Assembly: GCA_000165425.1 (NCBI GenBank)
Contig: CT868657.1
Span: forward strand, 186,001 to 206,280
DNA: 20,280 bases
DNA from: Paramecium tetraurelia
Lineage: Eukaryota
Direction of reading: 5' to 3'
Of this stretch, positions 1-12,400 are shown one piece after another. The first letter of the stretch is position 1. Every line of letters starts with the position of its first letter. Under the pieces are notes generated by a model, which ran no database searches, was not told the origin of the DNA, and was given only the letters and a program-made list of their open reading frames with translations. A program made the position numbers and the translations under genes.

Positions 1-1434
1 GAAGACTGAATTGCATAAGAAATCGCAAAAGCCTATTGCTGAGGCTCCTAAGTATGAAATTGCAATCAAGTAAAAATAACCCAAAAGTATTTACCATGAT
101 CATTTTAGAAATGGACAAGGTGCATCAAAACATCAAGAATGTCCAATTAAAGGCAGAGGAAGTGAAGAAGAAGAGAGAGGAGGAAAAACAAAAGGAAGAG
201 AAAATGAAATAGAGCAAAGCAGAACATGCTTAGGAGGATCTCGATGAAGGTAATCATAACACCTAAATCTAAGTGTTTTAAGAAACAGTGAACAGATTGT
301 ACAATTATGAGAAATAGAGATTGAAATAGTTGAATAAAATGGTGGAAGAAGAGAAAAACAAAGATAAATTAATTATGAGTGCAAGACCCATGATAAATGA
401 ACGCAGTTGTAAATTGTTGGAAAGAAAACTAAAACAACTAGTGGATGAAGAGGAGGATTACAAAATGATATATTAGTTTAAAGATGCAGATGTTTAGGTC
501 GATCTCTTACCCAATTTACCTAAATTGAAAGATTATCTATAAATAAAGTATCATCTAATTATAATCAATAGTGCTAAAAAGACAATCAATGTGGGATAGG
601 AAATACAAATCATTAAAGAGGAGAACATCATGGAACCAGTTGATCCAGCAGAGGATGTCTAATATAAAGAGGGCTCATGTCATGCAATTGTATAAACTAA
701 TGAAATCAAATTTAAAATTGGAGATACCATCAAAAAGTAACAGTTATAGTAACCACCCCAATAACAATAATAATAATAAACGACATAATTTGCAACTCAG
801 GATACTCCCAATAAAAAGGTATAAAATCAAAGACAAAAACGTTTGGACTTCATGGAAGCACAAGGACAACGAGTTAAGACTGAATGTTAGTATTATGTGC
901 CATTACACATTCGTTAATCAAAAGTCATTTAAAAAAAAGAAGAGTGGGTCAGGTCGTAGATTGAACTCAAAAAGTAAAAGGAAGAGGAATCCATTAGGGT
1001 AGAGTAGGAATAGTGGGAGAAGGAGAAGTAGAAGTGGTCTAAAAAGAAGGATCCAAATAAGTCGATGCAATAGGAAATTAATGTTGAAGAATTCGCCAAC
1101 TCTTAAATTCATTGGTTAGAAAAGAGAAATGAACACATTTTAACTGAGTAGATGAAAAAGGACAAGGACATGTTATCATCATTGACCTTTAGACCTTAAA
1201 TACAAAAGAAAAATATTGAGAACTATAATTCTCTCAAAGTAGAAGATAGATTACTTGAGTATCAATAAAAAAAACAAGAAAATCTACAGAAATTAGAGAA
1301 TAAATACTTACCTACTTTTCAACCAAATATAAACTAAAAATCTGTATATATTACTTTATTATCTCTAGATGTTTACTATGGATTGGGCATCAAAAAGCTT
1401 CAATAGTACTTCGAACAACAAATTATGGCAATGA
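1..1434 (+). CDS. 3' part of an uncharacterised coiled-coil, K/E/Q-rich protein (5'-truncated by the window edge)
   Basis: In code 6 the frame is open from nt 2 across introns 87-108 and 1344-1368 (and possibly 548-571) to TGA at 1432-1434. Charged helical tracts (EEVKKKREEEKQKEEKMKQ), a poly-Q tract at about 760-780, and short repeated motifs ARPMINERS, TFRPQI and TFQPNIN. Confidence 0.85.
87..108 (+). other. spliceosomal intron, 22 nt
   Basis: GTATTT...TTTTAG. Removal joins the upstream frame to the long downstream open frame. Confidence 0.85.
548..571 (+). other. candidate intron, 24 nt (3n, no in-frame stop)
   Basis: GTATCATCTAATTATAATCAATAG has the typical size, AT content and GTA/TAG ends, but the frame stays open whether or not it is spliced. 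Confidence 0.55.
1344..1368 (+). other. spliceosomal intron, 25 nt
   Basis: GTATAT...CTCTAG. Removal gives a last exon MFTMDWASKSFNSTSNNKLWQ*. Confidence 0.8.
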
Positions 1435-1641
1435 TTGTATATATTTTTATTTCATTTTAACTACAAACCATTAATTAATTATTTTTAAATCATTAACTAG
1501 CCTTTTTAATAATCATATATATATCTATAGCGAAATAATTAAACTAATAATTTATATGATATATTATCGACTGATGGGGGATAATTTAAATTATTTTCTT
1601 AAGGATTTTAATTTAAGATATTACTTAATAATATTATTCAG

Positions 1642-1893
1642 ATGAAGTTCATGTGTCTACTCATTTTGTTGATCACTGTTATAGTCAATGCAAACAGGAT
1701 ATACCAAGAATAGCCACTTAATCAATCCAATTATTTTAGGGATCAAGATATCGCTATCAACGTCAAATATACTCATTATAAATTTGTGAGTTAACAAGTT
1801 GAATCAAGAAAGCATATGATAGTAAATTCTAAATCGCCTGGGAATCAAGAATTGATTACATTATTCTATAAATTATTAACTCTATAAGTCTGA
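1642..1893 (+). CDS. putative small secreted protein, 83 aa (or 5' part of a decayed gene)
   Basis: ATG follows an AT-rich intergenic stretch. MKFMCLLILLITVIVNA-NRIYQEQPLNQSNYF... has a signal-peptide layout (basic residue, hydrophobic core, V-N-A cleavage site). First TGA at 1891-1893. No family recognised. Confidence 0.45.
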
Positions 1894-2284
1894 AAAAAAC
1901 AGAAGTAGCTTGTCTACTTTATATATTTACTACTATTACAAACACGATTACATTGAATATTCAATGTCTAGATAACACCTACATTCTTCTTTCCAAATCT
2001 CTTGAAAGGGTGCCTTTTTTTTTCATTTATTCTTAATTTCTTAATTGCAGTAATATAACATTAATCTATAATAAAGTAATATATGGAATAGGACCCATGT
2101 ATCTAACCATAGATATCATAGGATGTTGAGCAAAATCCAAGAATTGTGTTGCAATCATTTACTAAAATGTATTATTATTCAGGATCCCATATCATCTACA
2201 AAGACATTTATGGTTCACAACATTTTGTATTTATATATATATAATTATACTTTTATATAGTTCTTTGAAAATTATTTATATAAT

Positions 2285-2654
2285 TCATTTAACTTTTTCA
2301 AGAATATCTAATTTCTCTTAAAATGGAGCCATAATGCCTTTGACTTTATTAAATACTGGTTTAAGCAATGTGCCAACAACCAAGGCTCCTTGGGTTTTTT
2401 CATGATAAAGCCAGATCGCATAAAAAGTCTTAAACATTGAGTATCCTGGGATCCTATTGACTTATAAGTAAAACATACATGAACAATATTCCGAATGATA
2501 TTTCCTCTAATAAATATATTGAACTCATCAAAATCCAATACACAACCCAAATTTATAGTTTCTCCTGTAATTTATAAGCTTGGTAAGTCTGTCTCAGTGG
2601 GTAGATGATACTTGCTATCAATTAAAGGAGACAAAAATATATGCAGGCACTCAT
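2285..2654 (-). CDS. TB2/DP1/HVA22 family (REEP/Yop1-like) membrane-shaping protein, 114 aa
   Basis: With intron 2454-2478 removed: MSACIYFCLLQLIASIIYPLRQTYQAYKLQEKLQIWVVYWILMSSIYLLEEISFGILFMIPGYSMFKTFYAIWLYHEKTQGALVVGTLLKPVFNKVKGIMAPFQEKLDILEKVK*. Family hallmarks YP..(S/T)Y.A, W..YW and IP.Y...K.....WL.....QGA are all present. Confidence 0.9.
2454..2478 (-). other. spliceosomal intron, 25 nt
   Basis: GTATGT...CAATAG on the minus strand. Its removal is needed to join the YW and IPxY motifs in frame. Confidence 0.9.
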
Positions 2655-2873
2655 TATTTAAATATTAATAAATTAATATTAAATTCATTGAATAGGCATA
2701 AAAGTCTTAATTTCTAATATCAAGTATTACCCAAGGGGAGTTCTTCAATTATATCGAGTGTTCACATAATAAATGCTGATATTAAAATAACAACAACTAA
2801 ATTTATATGAGATTGAAGGAGAGAGTCGGATTTAAATAAGAACAACCAATTTAGAGCATATGAAAAATACTAA

Positions 2874-3113
2874 TCAATAATAGTAGTGTATCTGATTCAA
2901 GTCTAAGTTGAAAGTGACATTCTTTTCTTTATTCTTTTGTTTCTTTGGGGTTCTTCTAATAATTTAGAAATGACTCCGAACATGATGAAGCATCATAATC
3001 GAAATAAATACGATTAGAGTGACGATTGCCGCTATACAATATTTGCTTAGGTAGGGTAATGACTCTGTGGAGTGGTTCCCATATATCTACCAAATTAGAA
3101 ACGGAGATTCCAT
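2874..3113 (-). CDS. 79-aa single-pass membrane microprotein with basic tail and KNVTF (RVxF-like) motif
   Basis: Intronless ORF flanked by AT-rich DNA: MESPFLIWQIYGNHSTESLPYLSKYCIAAIVTLIVFISIMMLHHVRSHFQIIRRTPKKQKNKEKNVTFNLDLNQIHYYY*. One hydrophobic helix at about aa 25-42. Confidence 0.65.
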
Positions 3114-3400
3114 AAAATTTAATTTATTTTATGAGTTATTTGTAAAATATAATAACAGAATTAGTAGAATTTTGAGAAAAACGAAAGAGACTAAAAGGTA
3201 TTGAGAAAGAGGATTGGTTTGATTAAGTTGTGAATGACAAGTATCAATAAAACCAAAGATAGGGAGAGGATATCTAAGTAGTATCATAAATTAGATTGTT
3301 ATAGGGGATTGTGGATGAGTAAGAAAATGAATGAGGAGGAGTTCTGATTAGTAAATGTGGAAAAATTGATTTTATTAATAAATAATAAATATTAATATTA

Positions 3401-6400
3401 ATGACAACTGATTTAGACAATGATCTCTATAAGGAAGATGCGGACTTCCTTTATGATTAGTTAGTTCAGTTCAGTCAAAGAGACAAACTTCCTTTTCCTA
3501 AACAAGATGACTTCATAGGTATTTGTCAATATGATTATTAGATTATGAAATCAGAGATATCTTACATGCGCCAACAATTAAAATAGTGTAAGAGGGGTTA
3601 TTCACTAGTTGGAGAAGATATGTTAGGTTGAATAGATTAGCATTTTATAAACATTGCAATGAGAGTGACTATAGTAGAAAGAGTAAGTGATTGTGATTAA
3701 TTTAGTTAAATTGATACTGAAAAATAAGGCATTGGAACCAGAGAGACCAAAAAGAGAAGGATAATTGTAACAATGTTACAAAGGGTATTGTTTAATTGAA
3801 GACTTCATGAAGATCAATTTCAAACATGCAGAGACGAGGGAATTTGGAGACTTTCTGAATGTTATGGGTGTCATTAGACCAAAAGTTCAATTAATTAATT
3901 ATCTACAAATTATTCGCAACACATATGTTAAATTACCTGTATTGGTTGAAATGAGACAATTCCAGAGTATTTACACTCATCGAAAATTTGATGAGGAGAA
4001 TGCAGCTAATTTTATTTAACTTGCCTTCCGTAGATACAAGAATCATATGACTGAAGTGCAAAAGCAAATACGAATCATGTCTAGTCTTAATGCTGAAGAG
4101 TTGTTTGTTATTATAAAAGATAAAATCAGCAATTCAGACAAATCCCTTAAAGAAGTCTTTGAAATATTTGATTACAACAAGGATGGACATATTGAATTCA
4201 ATGAATTCATTCAAGCATTCAGAGACTCTAATATCCCTGTTGCTGAAGAAGTGCTGCAAACTGTTTTTAAGTACTTCGACATCAATAACAATAATTCCAT
4301 CCAATACATGGAGTTCTTGAGTAAAATCTAAGTTAGAACTGTGTCCAACGATTCTTTATTGAGTGTTTAATTCAAAGTGGAATAGACTGTTGAACAATTG
4401 AGATAAGTCATGAGGAGAGAATTCAAGGATCTATAAGAGATGATCAACTCACTTTAGGCATCAGACAGGTTGAAGATCAAAAAGATTGAATTTTTGGATT
4501 TTGTGATGACCTATACTTTACGTTTTTCCAAAATACAACTTGACAATATGTTCCACTACTTGGATCATAATAATAAGAACTATTTAACGATAGAAGACTT
4601 TTCATAAATATTCACTAGGCAATCCCTCCACGAGGTTCGAGAAGAGAAGAAGGAGAATAAGCAATAGGAACAGAGGGCAATTTAGAATATGCAATCTGAA
4701 ATAGACAATGCTAAATTCTTATATCATTACATCTAAGCTGAAGACATGCAAGGTTTTATCTAAGAAAGAGATAATCAACTATTGGATCTATTGAAGACCA
4801 ATTCACAATAAGGAGTTGCTGGAAAGAGAGTAAGTTTCAGTATGGCTGACATTGAAACCAGAGCCAATATTTACAAGAATTCACTTTTAAAATTAGAAAT
4901 ACTCATCCAATAGATTTCAATTAAAGTCCTCTTGAGATTACAATAGTCAGGATTAACAGTGAAACAGTTCTTTAGTTAATTTACTTAGAAATTCCCTGAA
5001 AAATTCATTGAACCCAAGGAATTCCTGTTGATGCTTAACGTTCTATTTAATTAAGTCATGGATGTCTCCCTTTCAAATGCCTTATTCAGAATCATAAGCA
5101 ATTAATATACAGCACGTGTGAGTTTGGCCAAATTCGAAGAATTGATAATGATTGGACAACAAATAAGTCCAATTCAATTAAGAATGAAATTCAATTATGG
5201 TTCATATGTGGCTAAGTTGAAACCTAAACTATTAGAAGAATTCCAGAAGGTGGCCACTGTCAGTATAGACATGAAAACTGTTACATTGAAATAAACTTTG
5301 TCTATTTTAAATCAATTCGGACTTAAATTAGAGATGTTTGAAATTCAAAAATTAGCTGATTCCTCAATCATTAGTCTCAAAGACAGAATGTATACAGTAG
5401 ATTACGGAAGACTACTTTAATTGATGTTCCCTGATGTCTATTTGGGGGAGCAGTTAGTTCTTAAGAAATTTGGAATGGTAATCTTAAAATTATGGAGAAG
5501 AATGAAACAATCCTATTTTCTCAAGAAAGCATCAGGCAAATTCAATAAGAAAGGCAATAAGAGACAACCGAAACCATTAGGTACTAAAAGATCGCTTAAG
5601 GAGAAAATGAGTGAAACCTTGCCTGCAGTTTAAAAACAAAATGAATATTCTAAAATCAAGAGTGGGGACTTATATTCCTTTGCCAAAACAATCATACTGG
5701 AGTGCGTAGAAGGAGCTGCATATTTTGCAGAAACCTAAATATTTACGTAATAAAAATAACATACCTTTCAGAAGAGACCTACAATCAAGGACTTATTTAT
5801 TTTTCATCCTTTTTAAGCTTTTGAATTGCCAAATCTCTTGGGAACATTGTCCTATGATTTTTTAACTCAAAGATTATATATGCCTGATAAATAGAGTATC
5901 CTTTATACATAAGATGTTTGTGGTAATAGGATGTTGTAAAATATTAATATCGGTACCAAACTTCCATTCAATAAATCCTTTATTGTCGATTGTCTGATTT
6001 TTAATTAAAAGATGTTCATACTGAAGTCTAATTGGCAATTATAAATGTGGAGTATGTCCTAGAAAAGCGATAGACACGAGTTAGCTATTGATTTAAGAGA
6101 GGGAGCTCCAAATGCTTAACAGAATGCTCAACATCTATGGCAATGTGAAGATTTATTATTAGTGGTTTCGAGTCAAAGAACTCATGTCCACATAATATCA
6201 TCAGTGTCGTTACACATAATAAGGATTGTCAATTTTGTTTGTATTTTGGATTTTCACTTTAAATATATGAATGAAATCATGAATAAGGTGGCTACAAAAT
6301 TGATTCAAGATACTAATAGCAAGTTTCCTATTAAATTAGAAATGACTCTGGCAGAGATGGAGTAGTAAGAATAAAAAAGAAGAGAGTCCCTAAATTTTAT

Positions 6401-9400
6401 GGTACAATTCAAAGACTCAAGAGTCTAGAAAGGTAAGCTATTGCATTTCTTTACTAACAATTAAACCTCTGACAAAGAGATTGTCAAATAATATTTTGAT
6501 TAGATTTGTGATGAGGAAGGCTATATAAGTTAACAATAATATGAAGAAATATTAAAGGATAAATAGAAGAATAAGTATAATATTTACGATGCCCTAAATA
6601 TAATAAAAATATCTAAAGTGAATTTAAGATAGCTTTTTAGTACTTATGATGATGGGAAGAACATTGTTACTTAAAAATAGTTATTTGAGATGTTGGAATC
6701 TTTCAATATGAAACCGCAAGTAAGACAGAATTTTGTATGTGCATTTCCAAATGGTATTTCATTTCAAGAATTCAGTAAGTTGATCGAAAGTCCTATCACT
6801 TATGATGAATTATTGCATAGATGTGAATCTAATCATATAGATTTGGTTAAATTATTTTAAGAGTGTGATGTTTATAATGTAGGGTTGTTAGATAGGAATG
6901 ATTTCTATTTCGTATTGTCATCCTTACCTTTTGGTCTGTTGGACACAGAAATTGATTAGTTAGCTTCACAATAAGTGTATGATTCTGAGAGTGGCCGAAT
7001 TAAATACCGTGAGAAACCATAAGCTATGAAATAGAGAGTTAAACAAGTTTAATTTATTAACGATCTGAATGTTGTTATTGCATCAGTGCATTATCCCAAA
7101 AGAGGTACCATCTTTTGTTTAAACGATAAAAACATATTGGCTCTATTGGAACATCATAAAGAAGCACCAATCCTACATTATGTGAATGAATCTGGATGTC
7201 TGTTGAGTGCTGAAGGTTAGGAATTGTGTATTTGGACAATATACAGAGATTTGACATTGAAGTATGATGTAAATCCTCCTTGGACAATCAAACCATAAAT
7301 CAACATAAAATTAAATGCGCAGATATCTTAGATCGGATATTTGCCATTCAATTAATTAGTCATGGTGGCCACCACTGATGGAATTAGCTTTTATGATCCA
7401 GTTAGTTATCAATAATAGTCATCCAAAGTATAGGTGCGTATTAAACCAGGATATTATAAGGAATTGGAGGAGTTCACTGCCAATTAACAAGTACCTCTAG
7501 TTCATTAATTGGAATTACAAAAAATAGTGTCACTTAGTACAGGGTTGCTTTAAACTCCCTTTGAAAGTGAAGATGCTACACTTGGCAGTACTTTACTAAG
7601 TCTAGAATTTATGATAATCATGACAGAAATACCTATGGGTTAAAATTCAAAGAACTTACTCAATCCTGTTAAGATAGTTCTTGTTCATAGGTAATCATTA
7701 GAGATTCCATCAACACAATTAGATGTGGTTGTACCTCAGAATGTGCTTAATTAGATTCAAAGTGATTTAGAAAGAATCTTATAACAAGCATTAATGGGGA
7801 AGAGGGCAAGAGGAGTCATTGGTATAGAGAAGGAGTTGAATAAAGAATAGTTAAAAATCCACACAAAGAGATAATTGATAAAACTGAGCAAATAATTGAC
7901 ATTGAATAAATAGCCATGTCAATAGGATATTTTGAATGAGATCTCTCATTCTTGTGGTGGAATCTTGAGTTACTCATATGTGTATAATCTATTAAGATCT
8001 TGTTAGTGTCTAAACCCACATAACATATCGTTTGAGGAATTCAAATACATAGTTCAATATTCAGAAGAGTACAAACCAGTCGTTAAGATATAAAATCAAA
8101 TTGAATCTAAATTATAGGGTTTGGTGAGAGAAGGAAAAATTGATTTACCTCTTGAGTTTGAATTACAAAAGGCTATGAGGTTAAGCAATGATAAGATATT
8201 GATGAAACATTAATTTAAGAAATTACTAATGAAGTTCAAGGCATATTCAAATGAGAAAGACTTAAACGATTTTGTTTAAAATGACTTTGTCAGTTTGAAA
8301 TCATTAATGGATAAATTCGAAAATGACAAATTAATCTATAAATTAAGAATGATTTCGCGTCCTGATTAAATTATCAAAGAAATCCAAAAGCTCGGAATTC
8401 CTAGACAATTTCTAGCTAGATTGGCTGTGGCTGATGAGAATGGAGATGGAATTCTAACTAAGAAACAATTTATGAGTGCTGTGTCTGAAAACTAAGCTCT
8501 CTTTTCAGAATTTTTCGATCTCTATTCTGAAAATCTTAATGATGAATCTATAATAAGAATCAAATAAATTACAAGCAAGTTGTTATCAGTGTCTGAAGGA
8601 CTGTAAATAAAGAAAATGCTTAATACTTTAGCCAAAGTGAAAAACACCTTAATTTATAGATAATTAGGTTTGACTCATCTTTTTAGAGTGAATGAAATGC
8701 CATACCACGATTTCTGTGATTGTGTAATGGATCTTAAAATACCAGATGTTACAGAAAAAGATGTTAAATTCCTAGCAGACTGTTTAGCTGTTGAATCCAA
8801 TAAAATCATTCCATTCTAATCCTTCTAACATTACTTACATAAATTAAGTGCTAGTGATTAATTCTTATTGGTTGCAGATTATGAAGACTTGTTGCATACA
8901 GCTGAAGATATCCTACAAAATAAGGAGGTTTTAAGATTGAAAATACCAAATCAATAGCCTTGTTAACCATGGGATTTAAGAGGACTATTGACCTTCTTAG
9001 ATTTCGATAGTGTTGATCGATTTTTAATTAAAGTATTGGAAATGAATGAGTTCACATATGATTAATTAATTGATAAGTGTGTTAATTTTGTGAATAAGAT
9101 AAATTTGTAAAAAAAGGATGGCAAATCACATTAACAGGGATTATTACAATTGGTAACCGAAGATCCAAAAAACAAATATGTAAATGTGATTAAATTAGGC
9201 TCACTTGTGAAATCTCAGTCTTATGTCTAAATTCAAAAAATATTTTAGTAATGCATTCAATTGGACAATGATAAGAATGGATTCATCGAATTGCCTATAT
9301 TTTGCAATATCATAGCCTACAATGTAGCGGTTGAGTAAAGTCTATTGGTCAATTTCCAATTAGAATGGAAAGCCTTGACTCAAGAAGATAATCTAAATTA

Positions 9401-12400
9401 CAATAGATTCTTTAAGGAGTATGTGGAATTCGAATAGATTGTGAGTAATTAAGATAAGCAAAACAATTTAAACCAATTGCTCATAAGATTCGCTTATGCA
9501 GTGAATAAGAGTGGAATCAATCTTGGCTTTGTATTGAAGAGATTCTACAATTATGACAATCAAGACTTTTTGACACAACCACAATTCCTTTAGTTGTTGG
9601 AATAAGTTCAGTTGCAACTCACTTAAAATGAAATCAATGATCTCACATAATTTTTAGGCGAAGATATTACACATGCAAACCTACTCAAATACTACACAAT
9701 CGCAAGTAAGAACACAGCTATTGTTTATGATTCTGCCATTTGGGAGACTGCAGGAACCCAAATTAGTATATCAACAATAAACAAATTAGGAAAATGGTAG
9801 CAATCTAAAGATTTGATGAAATCCATTGATTTTAAGAGATTGTTCAATTAATATGAAACATCTGAATAATAATAAATAATTAGATTTGCTTGTGTTGGGT
9901 GTCGTACAACCTTAGAGGAAGCACAAAAATTGACAAAAGAGATTAGATTGAACTAAGCAGACTTATCCTAATACTTTGTCAATCCTTTACTATTTTCTGA
10001 ATCATTGCCTTAGATTGTGAAGTCGAAAGTTAAGGAACAAGTAAGTAAAACTAAATTTAATGGAGCAGAAAAGATGGCTTAAGAACCTTTAGATGATTAG
10101 ATTTCAGTATTGACAAAGAAGATTTAATAAGCAATGAAGAATTTGAATAGCACAGTGCTTAAAATATTGTTAAATCAAAACATTATAGTCAGTGCAAATG
10201 GTCAAATAACCAGAAGCGAATTTAAAAAATTATTGGATTCCTTGCCTTATGTTTGGACGATGAAGGAGAAACACAATTTATACTAAAAATTTAGAGAACC
10301 TATAAATATATTGGATTTTATATGCTTATTCGATGCTCGTGATGATATATCATTTTATATTGATATCATTATCTAGAAATTGTTTATGGGATTGTATGGA
10401 TTGTAGCTTACTCTATATACCTTTTTCACTTAGATTGGCAGAGTAGAAGTGAAGTAGTCAGAGTTGTCAGACCATTTAAAACAATTCATGTCTGGTTGGG
10501 AAGCGAAAGCATTATTAAAATAGTTGTTTTAGGATGAAACATTGATATTAACCATTTCAACATTCTTGGAAGCATTTCGACTTTATGGATTTAATGATTT
10601 GTAATTGCTTTTGAGATCAGGATTATAAGTGTTGAATGATTCTACTATTGATGTGATGTTTGAGATTGAGTAGAGTGGAAGTAATTAAGAATTGACAATC
10701 TAATAAATCCAACAGTTATTCAATAGAATGAATATTCACATTTCTTTACAAAGTCTCTTTTGTCTTCTGAATAACTACTTAATGGATAAGACTAAAAAAC
10801 ATCCAATGTTTGAACAGAAGATGATCAAATACAATATTAAAGAATTCCTGTAATTCTTATCCCAACAAAAAGTTGCCAAATCTCAAGTCAAACAATTTTA
10901 TGAGAAACTTTAAGAGTCGCATTTGTAAATTTTTGAATTCTTCGCAGTTTGTGATTCTCATCAAGATTATGCCATAACAGAAGATGAATTCAAATATGGG
11001 TTTACACAACTCCAAATTTAAAGAATGGATAATATTTGGTTAGATTTTGAGAAAGTCGATATGCGAGTTCCATTCTAAAATTTCTTGAAAGCCTTTTTAT
11101 AAACAGGATGCATCCAATGGCAGGAACAGGAACACTAAGACTCATTTATTCTCGCTATTAAGAAATTAGGAAATCTAAATGAATCCTTCATTAAATTAGC
11201 AGATGGAGATTAAATCACCTATAAAAGTTTAAAGCGTTGCCATCAAAAGCATAAATTAGACATTTCCTTGGAAGAATTATAACTATATTACAGTAAGTTG
11301 AAGTAGAAGTATAAGACTTTAACCTACAAGGAGTTTGCTCAAGCGATGTAAGGAGAAAGACAAATTGAAATCATTCATCAAGCCTTCAGCAGTTTAGTAA
11401 ATGTGAAAACTCGAGAGTTCCCAGAAACAATGACCTTGGATCAATTGAAATAATTCTTAACGAAGAAGCAAATTCCCACTTAGCACATCAGTGTTATCGT
11501 AAATTCATTTGAAAAATAGACTATTACAAACAAAGAATTAGAGCAAAAATAATTAGATTACTCCAACTTATCCAATTTAAAAGAATAATTAACAAGTGAA
11601 AAGTTATTACAATTTTGTCATGCCATCATTAAACAACTAAAAGGATAACCAAATTAATTTAGCAAAATCTATACACAACATGGTTTAGGTTCAATTAATC
11701 AAATTACTTATTAGAATTTATACACTTTTCTAAATTATTTAGATGTGAACACGACTTCAGATATTCTCAAACTGTTCTTCAATACTGTTGACACTGAATA
11801 GAGAAATATTGTTAAATCAACTGAAATTGAATCCTTATTAAGAAGATCTCAAACCCAAGCAAGAGTTAAAACTTTGGATCATACTAAAAAGGCAGAAGTC
11901 AATGAATTACTAAGAAAAGGAATCAAAAACATAGTTGCCACTATTTAAAGCAAGAAGATCAGATATGACAAATAATTAGATAAAATTGAATTGGCAGAAT
12001 TTGTTAATCAGTATTGTATTTTGAATGAGCAGTAAATAGATTTATTAATAGAAGCCATCAGTGATAATTCTCAAGTTCAAAAACCAACATGGGGAGATTT
12101 TGCAAGTTATATGTTAGAAGACAATCAATAAAAGGCTAATGTATTCTTTAAAGAATGTTTGGAATTGTTTTAAGATATGCTTCGTAGATTAAACATTAGA
12201 GTTAGTTGTGCAGTGAAATACTTTGGACAAAAAAGAATTTTCATTAGAGAATTCATTCATATGATGTTGAGTCTTGGATTTAATCCATTGAAACTTAAGC
12301 TTAATTATAAGAAGATTAAACTTATATTCGAAAAACATGGGGGAGATGAGATGAGTGATTTAGAGTTCCTAATGTTGATGAGTGAACAGGAAGGCCCAGG

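Noticed and set aside
250..273. Possible intron GTAATC...CTAAG in the first gene
   Set aside because: It ends in AAG rather than TAG, and the frame reads through with plausible protein sequence, so it is not required.
571..1002. Track ORF of 143 aa with poly-Asn
   Set aside because: Off-frame reading of the first gene. The repeat is poly-Gln (CAA/TAA) in the true frame.
918..1112. Hydrophobic minus-strand ORF of 64 aa
   Set aside because: Antisense shadow of a purine-rich Lys/Glu coding tract.
1891..1893. TGA as selenocysteine or read-through codon
   Set aside because: No redox motif context, no SECIS identifiable by eye, and another TGA follows about 21 codons later.
2308..2550. Track ORF of 80 aa on the minus strand
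   Set aside because: Wrong frame and reads through an intron. The real product is the HVA22/REEP protein.
3180..3360. Purine-rich spacer with box C/D-like words (GGATGA, CTGA)
   Set aside because: No canonical RUGAUGA box, terminal stem or identifiable guide. Treated as the divergent promoter/UTR region.
7075..8019. Two minus-strand ORFs (7075-7287 and 7816-8019)
   Set aside because: Antisense to the giant exon, short and without recognisable motifs.
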